A stretch of 64,000 nucleotides of DNA from a bacterium (lineage in GTDB: Bacteria > SAR324 > XYD2-FULL-50-16). The position numbers and the translations under genes were made by a program. The stretch's first letter is position 1. Each line of letters opens with the position of its first letter. The stretch lies in contig JAVVEA010000004.1 in the NCBI GenBank assembly GCA_032250835.1, forward strand, positions 64,001 through 128,000. Direction: 5' to 3'. Shown here piece after piece: positions 1 to 9,527 of the stretch. The notes below the pieces were generated by a model that worked only from the letters and a program-made list of their open reading frames with translations, did no database searches and was not told the DNA's origin.

Positions 1-241
1 CTTTATGTTCGAACTTGCCTTGCAGGAGATAGGTCACCGTCTGAAACCCCCGGTGCGGGTGCGGCGGCGCACCGAGGGCCTCACCGGGCGGCCAGTCTTT
101 GGGCCCCATGTGGTCGAGCAACATGAAGGGATCGGCAAAGGCCAAGTCCGCCGTCGGGAAGGGGCGGCGCACCGGAAAGCCGCCACCTTCTAGGGTGGAG
201 ACGGAACCGAAACGCTGGGCGATGTTGCGTGGGGTGGTCAT
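1..241 (-). CDS. Pirin family protein, runs off window start (not in ORF track)
   Basis: Manual translation from ATG at 241 (GGAGAG RBS): [29 protein letters not shown]...[11 protein letters not shown]...[31 protein letters not shown] and HPHRGFxTVTY are pirin motifs. Confidence 0.93.
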   Translation of the reverse strand, partial: MTTPRNIAQRFGSVSTLEGGGFPVRRPFPTADLAFADPFMLLDHMGPKDWPPGEALGAPPHPHRGFQTVTYLLQGKFEHK

Positions 242-394
242 GGGGACTCTCCGGTAAGGTGATTTAGGTCAGGATACTGCAAAGCGATAAGAAACAAAAG
301 CCAAAGAACCCAACCGATCAGGACGCGCATAGGTTGACTTGTGGTGGGCAATTCGGGCAGAATCGGGGGAAACTTGGTTTAGCCTACTTCAGGA

Positions 395-1147
395 GTGACG
401 TTGCGACGTTTTGCCATCCTCATTACATTGTGCCTCTTGCCTGCCGCCGCTTGGGCGCAGCAGCAAGTCCCCATCCCCTCCTTTAACTTAGAGGTGGGAC
501 GGGGCGGCAACCCTGATCAGGTGGCCAGCACGCTTCAGGTGATCGCCTTACTGACGGTGCTTTCGTTGGCTCCGGCTTTTTTGATCATGACCACCAGCTT
601 CACCCGCATCATCATCGTCCTGTCCTTCCTGCGTAACGCGCTGGGTACCCAGCAAAGCCCTTCGAACCAAATCCTGCTGGGCTTGGCGCTGTTCCTGACC
701 TTTTTTATCATGGCGCCGATCTGGAAGGATGTAAACGATCAGGCCCTACAGCCCTATTTTGCCAAGAAGATCAGCCAAGAGACGGCCATCGACTTAGGCA
801 TACGCCCGGTCAAGCGGTTCATGGTTAAATTCACCCGAGAGAAGGATTTGGCGTTGTTCGTACGTATCGCCAAGATCCCCCGGCCCAAAAATATCAGTGA
901 GGTCCCCATTTGGGTGGTGATCCCCGCCTTTGTGATCAGCGAACTGAAGACCGCGTTCCAGATGGGGTTTATTATCTACATCCCCTTCTTAGTGATCGAC
1001 ATGGTGGTTTCTGCGGTGTTGATGGCTATGGGTATGATGATGCTGCCGCCGATCATGATCTCTTTGCCCTTTAAGCTCATGCTCTTTGTGTTGGTGGACG
1101 GGTGGTATCTGATCACGGCCTCGCTGGTCCAAAGTTTTACCGGATAA
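395..1147 (+). CDS. fliP: Flagellar export apparatus protein FliP
   Basis: LTVLSLAP, MTTSFTRIIIV, PAFVISELKTAFQ, PFLVIDMVV, MGMMMLPP, SLPFKLMLFVLVDGW. Confidence 0.97.
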   Translation: MTLRRFAILITLCLLPAAAWAQQQVPIPSFNLEVGRGGNPDQVASTLQVIALLTVLSLAPAFLIMTTSFTRIIIVLSFLRNALGTQQSPSNQILLGLALFLTFFIMAPIWKDVNDQALQPYFAKKISQETAIDLGIRPVKRFMVKFTREKDLALFVRIAKIPRPKNISEVPIWVVIPAFVISELKTAFQMGFIIYIPFLVIDMVVSAVLMAMGMMMLPPIMISLPFKLMLFVLVDGWYLITASLVQSFTG

Positions 1148-1153
1148 AACGCC

Positions 1154-1429
1154 ATGACCCCAGAATTCGTTACCTCTTTCGCTGCCGAGGCGATCATGGT
1201 TACCGTCAAACTGTCGGCCCCTTTGTTGTTGGTGGCCTTGGTTCTGGGTTTGCTGGTTTCGATCTTCCAGGCGGTCACCCAGATCCAGGAGATGACCCTG
1301 GCGATCATCCCCAAAATGGTGGGCGTGGCGCTGGTGTTGATGCTTTTCTTGCCCTGGTTTTTGTCTACCGCCGCCAATTACATGACTAAAGTACTGACCG
1401 GCTTGCCCTTCTATTTGGGCCTAGGTTGA
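1154..1429 (+). CDS. fliQ: Flagellar export apparatus protein FliQ
   Basis: GLLVSIFQAVTQIQEMTL..PK motif, 91 aa, follows fliP. Confidence 0.96.
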   Translation: MTPEFVTSFAAEAIMVTVKLSAPLLLVALVLGLLVSIFQAVTQIQEMTLAIIPKMVGVALVLMLFLPWFLSTAANYMTKVLTGLPFYLGLG

Positions 1430-1437
1430 GAGGCCTC

Positions 1438-1980
1438 ATGAAAACCCTGCTTTTGATCGGCGGATTGTTGCTCTTAGGGCTCCCCAGCGCTTGGGCTGAC
1501 GATTGGGAACTAGGCGTTACCTCGCCTATGCGGGGCATTTACCGGGACTCGAACCTGGATGCGGCGCAGATGAGCGGCGGCGGGGTTTACCTGAAGTTCC
1601 CCACCCCCTTCTTGCTGGGCGTCGATCAATTCACCGCCCGCAACGAGCCCTCGGAGGCGGTTATTGACCCGCCCCGTCTGACCCAAACCATGGTCAACCT
1701 AGGGTTCCAGATCCCCCGCAAAGAAGGCTTTGATTTGAGCTTGGGATTTGGCCTGGGCAGTGCGGCGGTTAGCTGCGACACCTGCGCCGACCAATGGGAG
1801 TCCGGCACCACCAGCCAGCTTTTTTTTAAGGCCACCGGCGGGCTCTTCGGCCTGCAATGGGGCTTTGGGGCTCACCGGTTGATGGGCCTGTTGCGGGGCA
1901 AGGATTCAGCAGGCGTCAAGGTCGCCGATTTCAGGACCGACGCCACCGTTTTCAGCCTAGGGATTGGTTACGCCTTTTAG
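1438..1980 (+). CDS. Small outer-membrane beta-barrel protein
   Basis: Signal peptide ending AWA, alternating Gly/aromatic strands, C-terminal GIGYAF; ATG 1438 preferred over TTG 1426. Confidence 0.7.
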   Translation: MKTLLLIGGLLLLGLPSAWADDWELGVTSPMRGIYRDSNLDAAQMSGGGVYLKFPTPFLLGVDQFTARNEPSEAVIDPPRLTQTMVNLGFQIPRKEGFDLSLGFGLGSAAVSCDTCADQWESGTTSQLFFKATGGLFGLQWGFGAHRLMGLLRGKDSAGVKVADFRTDATVFSLGIGYAF

Positions 1981-2204
1981 CGGCACTGAACGCCCTTTCC
2001 CTGGCCGTCAAAGATTTGCACCATGGTGATGCCGCAGCCCGAGGTCCCGCAGAAGGCTGCGGAAGTGAACTTGTAGCCAGAAACGCAAAAGACACTGACA
2101 TGCGTGGCCGGAACGGCTCCCTTGACCAACTCTTTGACCTCTTCGGCGGCCCAAAGCGGGGTGGCAAGACTGATCAGTAACAAGGCGCTAAGTAGGTGCT
2201 TCAT
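1977..2204 (-). CDS. Small secreted Cys-containing hypothetical protein (75 aa)
   Basis: AGGAG RBS before ATG 2204, signal peptide MKHLLSALLLISLATPLWA, four Cys in the mature part. Confidence 0.7.
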   Translation of the reverse strand: MKHLLSALLLISLATPLWAAEEVKELVKGAVPATHVSVFCVSGYKFTSAAFCGTSGCGITMVQIFDGQGKGVQCR

Positions 2205-2329
2205 CTGGTGGACTCCTAATAGAAGGTTGAGGTTTTTGGTAACTTCCAACGCTTGAACCTAGTTTGGCAATCCGCAAAAACTCCTGGTCCACTCTCCCTA
2301 CCCCTTAAGATTAGGTTGGTGAACGCGTT

Positions 2330-2899
2330 ATGATCCTCTTGATCGACAACCAAGATAGCTTTACCTTCAACCTATTCCAGGCGGTCGAGGCTTTAGGGCG
2401 GGTCTGTGTGGTGTTGTCTGCCGAAGCGGTGAGTCTTAGCGCAGTGCGGCAGTTGGTGCCCTCTGGGGTGATTCTCTCGCCCGGTCCGGGCCGCCCCGAA
2501 GCGGCCTTGGGTTCCTTGTTGTTGGCCCAGGCGCTTTGGCGCGAAGTCCCCTTGTTGGGTGTTTGTTTGGGACATCAGGTCTTAGGCCAAGTCTTTGGCT
2601 GTCCTTCGGTCGCCGCCAAGCGGCTAGTATACGGCAAGGCCGAGGCCATGTTACACCAAGGCCAACGCATCTTAGCCGGCCTGCCCCAGCCTTTTTTTGC
2701 GGCCCGCTACCATAGCTTGGCTCTATCCGGCCTGCCCGAAAACTTTGATGCCTTGGCCCGGACCGAGGACGGCGAACTGATGGCTATGGCCCACCGAGAG
2801 CTACCGGTCTATGGCCTGCAATTCCACCCCGAATCTTTTATGACCCCCCAGGGGGCCAATATTTTAGGGAATTTCCTTGCTCAGTGCCCAGCCCCTTGA
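2330..2899 (+). CDS. pabA: Aminodeoxychorismate/anthranilate synthase glutamine amidotransferase component II
   Basis: IDNQDSFTFNL, SPGPG, GVCLGHQ, RYHSL, QFHPES. Confidence 0.92.
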   Translation: MILLIDNQDSFTFNLFQAVEALGRVCVVLSAEAVSLSAVRQLVPSGVILSPGPGRPEAALGSLLLAQALWREVPLLGVCLGHQVLGQVFGCPSVAAKRLVYGKAEAMLHQGQRILAGLPQPFFAARYHSLALSGLPENFDALARTEDGELMAMAHRELPVYGLQFHPESFMTPQGANILGNFLAQCPAP

Positions 2900-4121
2900 G
2901 GGTTTAACCTATGCGGCGGCCTATGCCCGTTTGGCCGAGCGGCCCGAGGCGCTCTACGCTACTGCGGGAGAGGGCTTTGGGGCACTGCTGGCCCAGGCCC
3001 CCCTGGCGGCTGCGGTGGTGGGCAATCGGAGGCAGTTGCTGGAATTTGATTGGGCCCATAGCGAATTTTTGGTTTGGGCCTGCTTGAGCTATGATTTCGG
3101 CCACGCTTTGCTGGGCTTGCCCCGCGTTGGTCGCCTTGAGGGGCCCTGGCCTTTGGGCCGGGTGGTGGCCTTTGGCGCTTGGCTGAGCTTTGATGAAGCC
3201 GGATTGGCTTGGTTAGAGGGGCCCGACGCCCCGGCCCGTGCCCAGTTGTTGCAATCCCTTGGCGGACCCCTGCCCGAACCGCGCCAACCAGCTCCCTTAG
3301 ACCTAAGTCCCCAATTGGACGCCCCGGCCCATCAAGCGGCGCTGGCTCAAATTTTTGACTGGATCCGCGCCGGGGAGTTTTATCAGGTCAACTACACCCA
3401 GACGCTCCAGGGCCAAAGCGCTGAGCGGGCCCGGCATTGGTTTTTGCCGGCTTTAGGGGAAGACCCCCCGGCCTACGCGGCGCTTTTCGAAGCACCCGAA
3501 GGGGATTTGCTCAGTCTTTCGCCCGAATTGTTGCTGGCCACCCAAGGGGCCCAGGCCCGGACCGAACCGATCAAGGGCACCAGGCCCAGGGGGAACAATG
3601 CCGCCGAAGACGCCGCCCTGCAAGCCGAGTTAGACGGCTCTGCTAAAGAAGAGGCCGAACTCTTCATGATCACCGACCTATTGCGCAACGACCTGGGCCG
3701 CATGGCCGAGATCGGCAGCGTTGAGGTAGCCCAGCGCAAGGTTTTGCGGCTCTTGCCGGGCGTGATCCACAGCCATTCGGTGGTCACCGCCCAACTCAAA
3801 CCTGCCTACCGAAGCTTAGGCGCGTTGGTGGAGCTTTTGCCCGGGGGCTCCATCTCCGGTTGCCCCAAGCGGCGGGCTTTGGAATTGATCGACCGCCTAG
3901 AGCCGCAAAACCGAGGGCTATACACCGGCAGTCTCGCCTTGCGGTGGCCCGGCGGTGACTTAAAGGCCAATTTATTGATCCGTAGCCTGCAATTTACCGC
4001 CGGTCAGGTGAGCCTAGGGGTCGGCGGCGGGATCACCATCGAGTCCAATCCCCCAGCCGAATTAGAAGAGGCCCAAAAGAAGGCCCGTTCGGTGTTGATG
4101 CGTTTCCAAAGGAATCTATGA
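2877..4121 (+). CDS. pabB: Aminodeoxychorismate synthase component I
   Basis: GEFYQVN, SPE, PIKGTRPR (PabB-type Lys), DLLRNDLGR, PGGSISGCPK, GGGIT. Confidence 0.9.
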   Translation: MLSAQPLEGLTYAAAYARLAERPEALYATAGEGFGALLAQAPLAAAVVGNRRQLLEFDWAHSEFLVWACLSYDFGHALLGLPRVGRLEGPWPLGRVVAFGAWLSFDEAGLAWLEGPDAPARAQLLQSLGGPLPEPRQPAPLDLSPQLDAPAHQAALAQIFDWIRAGEFYQVNYTQTLQGQSAERARHWFLPALGEDPPAYAALFEAPEGDLLSLSPELLLATQGAQARTEPIKGTRPRGNNAAEDAALQAELDGSAKEEAELFMITDLLRNDLGRMAEIGSVEVAQRKVLRLLPGVIHSHSVVTAQLKPAYRSLGALVELLPGGSISGCPKRRALELIDRLEPQNRGLYTGSLALRWPGGDLKANLLIRSLQFTAGQVSLGVGGGITIESNPPAELEEAQKKARSVLMRFQRNL

Positions 4122-4888
4122 GCGTTTTGTTTAATGGCCAATGGCTGGAAAACCCGCAAATCTCTTTGCACAGCGAGGCGGTTCTGTTTGGGCGCGGCCT
4201 TTTTGAAAGCTTTGTGAGCCTCGAAGGCGGGCGTGTCTTTAATCTAGAGGGCCATCTGGCCCGTTTTCTGCCGGGGATGGAGGCCTTGGGCGTGGGCCGG
4301 GGGGCTACCGAAACCCAAATCCGCGCTTGGCTGCGCGAGTTGTTGCAGTCTGAGGCGGGGGCGGCGCGTAGAGTCAAGTTGCTGGCGCTGCCCGAAGGGT
4401 TGTTTTTGTTTGCTGGCCCGGTGCCGGAATATAAGGCCGGGCCCTTGAAACTGGTAACCTATAAAGGCAACCGGGGCCTTTGGCGCTATAAGTCCACCGC
4501 CTACTTAGAAGCGCTGCTTGCCTTTGAGGCCGCCCAACAGGCCGGAGGTGACGAGGCCCTACTGACCAACCACCACGGGACGATTTATGAGGGCAGCCGC
4601 TCTAGCTTTTTGTGGATCAAGGACGGCAAGTTACGCTCCAAACGGCGCGGCGTCTTGCCCGGCACCACCTGTTCCTTTTTGTCCGAGGCGGCCCCCCTGC
4701 CCTTTCACTGGGAAACCTTAGAGCTAGACCAGCTACCAGAGGTCGAGGGAGCGCTGGTCGCCAGCGCTGGGCGTGGCTTGGCCGAGGTGGGGGAGGTTGA
4801 CGGGGTGGCCTTGGCCTGCAGCCCCCAAACGGCCGAGCTGATCCACTGGTTTGCTCAGCAGCGTGAAGAGCGGGCGAAAACGCCTTAG
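4118..4888 (+). CDS. pabC: Class IV aminotransferase, likely aminodeoxychorismate lyase
   Basis: FGRGLFES, HLARF, YKST (PLP Lys), DEALL, EGS, LPGTT; operonic with pabAB. Confidence 0.8.
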   Translation: MSVLFNGQWLENPQISLHSEAVLFGRGLFESFVSLEGGRVFNLEGHLARFLPGMEALGVGRGATETQIRAWLRELLQSEAGAARRVKLLALPEGLFLFAGPVPEYKAGPLKLVTYKGNRGLWRYKSTAYLEALLAFEAAQQAGGDEALLTNHHGTIYEGSRSSFLWIKDGKLRSKRRGVLPGTTCSFLSEAAPLPFHWETLELDQLPEVEGALVASAGRGLAEVGEVDGVALACSPQTAELIHWFAQQREERAKTP

Positions 4889-4954
4889 GGGTTTCCTTGT
4901 TTTGGGGGCTCTGTTAGGCTGGGCTCATTCCTGCAAACCAACCGACCCTGTTCC

Positions 4955-6148
4955 ATGAAATACCGACGATTTGGCCAAACGGAACTGCAAATGCCGCTCT
5001 TAACCTGCGGTACCATGCGATTCCAGCACAAATGGCAAGACGTGGACCCTGCGGAGGTACCCGCTAAGGGCCAAGCGAATCTGGAGGCGGTGATGCGCCG
5101 CGCCTTGGAGCAGGGCATCAACCACTTCGAGACCGCCCGAGGCTACGGCAGTTCGGAGATGCAAATGGGGTGGGTTCTGCGCCAGCTCAACCGCCAGGAT
5201 TATATCCTGCAAACCAAGACGCCGCCCACCAAAGACCCTGACGACTTCTTGCGCCGCTTTGACCAGAGCATGGACTACCTAGGCGTGGACCAAGTGGACC
5301 TGCTGGCGATCCACGGCGTTAACGATCAGGGCGGTATCGACGACACGCTCAAAAAGGGCGGGGCGCTAGAAAAGGCCTTGTGGCTTAAAGAACAAGGCCG
5401 GGTGGCGCATATTGGCTTTTCCAGCCACGCCCCCATGCCCCAGTTGATGCCGTTGATCGAGACCAACGCCTTTAGCTTCGTCAATCTACATTGGTACTAT
5501 ATCTACCCCAGCAATTGGCCCGCCGTTGCGGCCGCCGCCGAGCGAGACATGGGGGTGTTGATCATCAGCCCCAACGACAAGGGCGGCCAGCTCTTTAAGC
5601 CCAGCGACAAGATGCGCCAGCTCTGCGCGCCCTTAAGCCCGATGGCCTTTAATGACCTCTATTGCTGGGCCCGGCCTGAGGTCGGCACCCTCTCGATTGG
5701 TGCCGCCCGACCCAGTGATTTTGACGAGCATCTGGCGGCGCTGGAGCGCCTTGAAGAAACAAACAGCCTATTGCCACCGATTTTGGCCCGCTTAGAAGCG
5801 GCGCTACTCGAAACCCACGGCCCCGATTGGGCAGTCGATTGGTGGGAAGGGATCAAACCCTACTACCAGCAGCCCGGCGAAGTGAATGTGTTAGAAATTC
5901 TGCGGATTTGGCTCTACGCCAAGGCCTTTGGGCTAGATGGATTCGGCAAGAGCCGCTATAACATGTTGGGTAAAGGCGGGCATTGGTTTCCCGGAAAAAA
6001 GGCGGAACCTAAGGCTTTGGGCCCTGTTCTGGCCCAGCTCAAGGGACACAAACTGGCCCCGGCGATTGCCCAAGCCTTGGCTGAAGCTCATGAATTATAT
6101 GACGACCACGCGGTGGCGGCCCAATCGGGGCCGCGCAACTCTAACTGA
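4955..6148 (+). CDS. Aldo/keto reductase
   Basis: MKYRRFG, GINHFETARGYGSSE, LQTK, IGFSSH. Confidence 0.9.
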   Translation: MKYRRFGQTELQMPLLTCGTMRFQHKWQDVDPAEVPAKGQANLEAVMRRALEQGINHFETARGYGSSEMQMGWVLRQLNRQDYILQTKTPPTKDPDDFLRRFDQSMDYLGVDQVDLLAIHGVNDQGGIDDTLKKGGALEKALWLKEQGRVAHIGFSSHAPMPQLMPLIETNAFSFVNLHWYYIYPSNWPAVAAAAERDMGVLIISPNDKGGQLFKPSDKMRQLCAPLSPMAFNDLYCWARPEVGTLSIGAARPSDFDEHLAALERLEETNSLLPPILARLEAALLETHGPDWAVDWWEGIKPYYQQPGEVNVLEILRIWLYAKAFGLDGFGKSRYNMLGKGGHWFPGKKAEPKALGPVLAQLKGHKLAPAIAQALAEAHELYDDHAVAAQSGPRNSN

Positions 6149-6154
6149 GGCACA

Positions 6155-6931
6155 ATGAAAGCTATTGCCAGTTGGCTGGCGTTGTTTGGCCTGTTGGCCT
6201 GGCCCGCTCTGGGCTATGATCTACAGACCCAAGGGCTCTTTAAATCCAACTATGCCCTGCCCATGGCCTATGAAGCCGATAGCCCCGAAGGCCGCACCGA
6301 CCAAGAAGCCAAGTACCGGATCAGTTTGTACCAACGGGTTTACGCCTGGGGCCCTAACGCCATTTACTTTGCCTATACCCAGACCAGTTGGTGGCAACTC
6401 TACGACCAAGAGAATTCGCGGCCCTTTAGAGAAACCAACTACAACCCAGAGTTTTTCTTGGCCTTGCCGCCACTGGACGTCTGGGGCGAGCCTTGGCTGC
6501 ATCTGGGCTACGAACACGAATCCAACGGCGGGCGGGAGCCCTGGTCGCGTAGTTGGGACCGGATTTATGCTCGCTACGGCCTGGACTGGGAAGGCTTGCG
6601 GCTGCGGCACAAGGTTTTTTTCCGGCTGCCCGAAAAAGCCAAGGAATATCCCTCAGACCCTAAGGGGGACGAAAATCCCGACATCGTTGAATATTATGGG
6701 ATCAACGAGGTGGAAGTGATCTTGCCCTTGGGGGATTTGGAAATCTATAACAAGATCCGCTACAACGCCGCCGAGGGCCGCGGCAGCAACGAAAGCAACT
6801 TAACCTACCCTTCGGGATTACCCGGAATATTCCTAATGTTGCAATACTTTCAAGGCTATGGTGAAAGTCTGATCGACTACAACCGACAGGTTACCAAATG
6901 GTCGGTCGGATTTTCTTTAAATCGTTCTTGA
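6155..6931 (+). CDS. pldA: Outer membrane phospholipase A
   Basis: FAYTQTSWWQLY, SRPFRETNYNPE, HESNG, SRSWDRIY, GYGESLIDYN. Confidence 0.93.
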   Translation: MKAIASWLALFGLLAWPALGYDLQTQGLFKSNYALPMAYEADSPEGRTDQEAKYRISLYQRVYAWGPNAIYFAYTQTSWWQLYDQENSRPFRETNYNPEFFLALPPLDVWGEPWLHLGYEHESNGGREPWSRSWDRIYARYGLDWEGLRLRHKVFFRLPEKAKEYPSDPKGDENPDIVEYYGINEVEVILPLGDLEIYNKIRYNAAEGRGSNESNLTYPSGLPGIFLMLQYFQGYGESLIDYNRQVTKWSVGFSLNRS

Positions 6932-6951
6932 ATATTCAAATAAACTAATCT

Positions 6952-7881
6952 ATGGATAGTAACCAAAAGCACCTGCTCCATTGGAAGGACTGGGACGCAG
7001 GCGAGATTCGCGAGGTTCTTGAACTGGCCGTAGATGCCAAGCTAAACCCCGAGAAATACGCCGAGGCGCTCAAGGCAAAGACCCTGGTCATGCTTTTCCA
7101 AAAAACCTCGACCCGCACTCGGGTCTCCTTTGAAGCAGGTATGACCGAATTAGGGGGACACGCCATCTATCTGGATTGGCGCAGTTCCAACTTTGGCTTG
7201 ACCCGTACTTGGTATGAGGCGGCTTATCTTTCGACCAACGCCCATATTTTGATGGCGCGGGTTAAGGAACACAGCGAGTTACAAGAAATCGCCAAAGGCT
7301 CTCGGGTGCCGGTGATCAACGGCTGCGACGACAAATACCACCCCTGTCAGGCCTTGGCCGACATGCTGACCATCCGGTTGGACCGGGGTTCCTTAGAAGG
7401 AGCCAAGCTCACCTACGTGGGCGTGATGAACAACGTGAGCAATAGCCTAGTCAGTCTGGCCCCGGTTTTTGGGGTACAGCTGACGCTGGTTTGTCCGGTG
7501 GCCCCTAAGGAAGACCGGGACCATGAAGTGCTCGAACAGGCGCGCCAAGCGGGGGTTTTAGTGGAAACGCTAGACGCTAAGGCGGCGGTGAAGGATGCGG
7601 ACTATGTCTACACCGACACCTGGGTCAATATGGAATATTTTAACGACCCCAGCGCGAAAGAACTCAAGGAAGAACGAATCCGTACCATGCTCCCTTATCA
7701 GGTCAATGCGGACCTCCTAAAAGGGAGTGCAGCCAAGGTGATGCACGATATGCCCATCCATCCGGGCTATGAGATCGCCGAAGAATTGGTCGAGGAGGAT
7801 CGTTCGATCATCTTCGAGCAAGCGTCAAACCGACTGCCTGCCCAAAAAGCGATTATGCTTCGGCTTTTGGGAAAGGCCTAA
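6952..7881 (+). CDS. argF: Ornithine carbamoyltransferase
   Basis: FQKTSTRTRVSFE, PVING, HPCQALAD, VYTDTWVNM, HDMP. Confidence 0.88.
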   Translation: MDSNQKHLLHWKDWDAGEIREVLELAVDAKLNPEKYAEALKAKTLVMLFQKTSTRTRVSFEAGMTELGGHAIYLDWRSSNFGLTRTWYEAAYLSTNAHILMARVKEHSELQEIAKGSRVPVINGCDDKYHPCQALADMLTIRLDRGSLEGAKLTYVGVMNNVSNSLVSLAPVFGVQLTLVCPVAPKEDRDHEVLEQARQAGVLVETLDAKAAVKDADYVYTDTWVNMEYFNDPSAKELKEERIRTMLPYQVNADLLKGSAAKVMHDMPIHPGYEIAEELVEEDRSIIFEQASNRLPAQKAIMLRLLGKA

Positions 7882-7904
7882 CCGCTCCAAACCACGGGAG
7901 TGCC

Positions 7905-8561
7905 ATGAGACGACTTTTTCTCGCGCTGTTCGCGCTGAGCTTCGGGGCTATTGGGGTCTTTGCCCTCGATAGTTCGGAGATCCGCTCGGACCACGATTCC
8001 AAACCGGCGGCCAAACAGTACGACGACCCTCGTGAGGCTATCGCTAAGGTTCCCGCCTTTGTCACCGACCCCAGCACCGACCGACTGATCTACTACCCCT
8101 GTAGTAACTGCCACGGCGAGATGGTCAAGTCCAACCCCAAGGTGCGCTCCTTAGCGGACATGCATGTAGAGGTCAAGCTCAACCACGGCCAGGGTCGCTA
8201 TTGGTGTCTGACCTGCCACAACGAGAACGACCGCGACCATCTCTGGAGCCTTAAAAAGCAGCCGATCAGCTTCAATGAGTCTTATCTGCTTTGCGGCCAG
8301 TGCCACTTTGCCCGCCAGAAGGACTTCTTTTATGGCGGCCACGGCAAACGCAAGGCCAACTGGAATGGCCCCAAAAAGCTGACCAACTGTACCGAGTGCC
8401 ACAACCCGCACAATCCGGCCATCAGGCCCCGGGTGCCGCGTGTTAAGCCCGTCGCCCGGATGGGTTTAGAGGTGGTGCCCAGTGAGATGCATGGTGTCCA
8501 TAACCTTTGGGAAAAGCACCCCGGTAGCGAACCGACCGGCAAAGAGGAGCCTAAGGAATGA
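7905..8561 (+). CDS. Periplasmic tetraheme cytochrome c
   Basis: Signal peptide; CSNCH, CLTCH, CGQCH, CTECH. Confidence 0.92.
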   Translation: MRRLFLALFALSFGAIGVFALDSSEIRSDHDSKPAAKQYDDPREAIAKVPAFVTDPSTDRLIYYPCSNCHGEMVKSNPKVRSLADMHVEVKLNHGQGRYWCLTCHNENDRDHLWSLKKQPISFNESYLLCGQCHFARQKDFFYGGHGKRKANWNGPKKLTNCTECHNPHNPAIRPRVPRVKPVARMGLEVVPSEMHGVHNLWEKHPGSEPTGKEEPKE

Positions 8562-9520
8562 AGTTTCAAAACAACAATCAGCCGGACCCTAAACGCCGAG
8601 CTGCCTTAAAGGCCCTGGGCCTGGGGGCGGCCGTAGGGGCCGGAGCGCTCGCGTCTTCGGGCGGTACGCTCACCGCCGAGCAACGCCAAAAACATCATGG
8701 CGAAGAAACTTTCGAAGACCATTGGCATTCCTTCTTCCAACAGCACTACCAGCGCATGAGCGAAGAAGAAATTGAAGTGGTCTTGGAGCGCTTAGAACGC
8801 AAGTATAAAGCGATCTATGGCGTGGAGGTGAAGGTGGAGAATGAACAGCCTCTTGAAGGCGTGGTGTTCGGCTACGCGCTGAATATTTCCAAGTGCAAGG
8901 GCTACCGCGAATGCGTTAAAGGCTGCACCACCGAAAACAACCAGTCCAAGGACCCGGACCTGGAATACATCCGGGTGCTTGAGCTGGAAAAGGGCACCAT
9001 GAATTTGGAGACCGCCGACCATTATTATGGCGACGGGGAAACCAAAGTGCCCCAGCCGGGTAAGTTTTATCTGCCCGTACAGTGCCATCACTGCGAAAAC
9101 CCGCCCTGCGTTAAGGCCTGCCCTGTTAAGGCTACCTGGAAAGAGCCCGACGGGATTGTGGTGGTTGACTATAACTGGTGTATCGGCTGCCGTATGTGCG
9201 CCAACGCTTGCCCCTATTGGGCGCGCAAGTTTAACTGGCACGAGCCTAAGCTTCCGGTTGAGCAGGTCAACCCCGAGACCCACTACTTAGGCAACCGCCC
9301 CCGCTTTCAGGGCGTGATGGAGAAATGCACCTTCTGCATCCAGCGCACCCGTAACGGGCAGATGCCCGCTTGCCAAGAGGCCTGCCCCACCGGGGCCCGA
9401 GTCTTCGGCAACCTATTGGACCCCGATTCGGAGATCCGGTATGTGCTCGAAAACAAAAACGTTTTCCGCCTCAAAGAAGAATTGAACACGGAACCCAAGT
9501 TTTGGTACTACAGCGACTAG
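8558..9520 (+). CDS. Tat-exported multi-Fe-S protein (NrfC/DsrO/PsrB family)
   Basis: KRRAALK Tat motif; CKGYRECVKGC, CHHCENPPCVKACP, CIGCRMCANACP, KCTFC...PACQEACP. Confidence 0.92.
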   Translation: MKFQNNNQPDPKRRAALKALGLGAAVGAGALASSGGTLTAEQRQKHHGEETFEDHWHSFFQQHYQRMSEEEIEVVLERLERKYKAIYGVEVKVENEQPLEGVVFGYALNISKCKGYRECVKGCTTENNQSKDPDLEYIRVLELEKGTMNLETADHYYGDGETKVPQPGKFYLPVQCHHCENPPCVKACPVKATWKEPDGIVVVDYNWCIGCRMCANACPYWARKFNWHEPKLPVEQVNPETHYLGNRPRFQGVMEKCTFCIQRTRNGQMPACQEACPTGARVFGNLLDPDSEIRYVLENKNVFRLKEELNTEPKFWYYSD

Positions 9521-9527
9521 AGGTCTC

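Noticed and set aside
5-193. 62-aa plus-strand ORF in the track
   Set aside because: Shadow of the minus-strand pirin gene.
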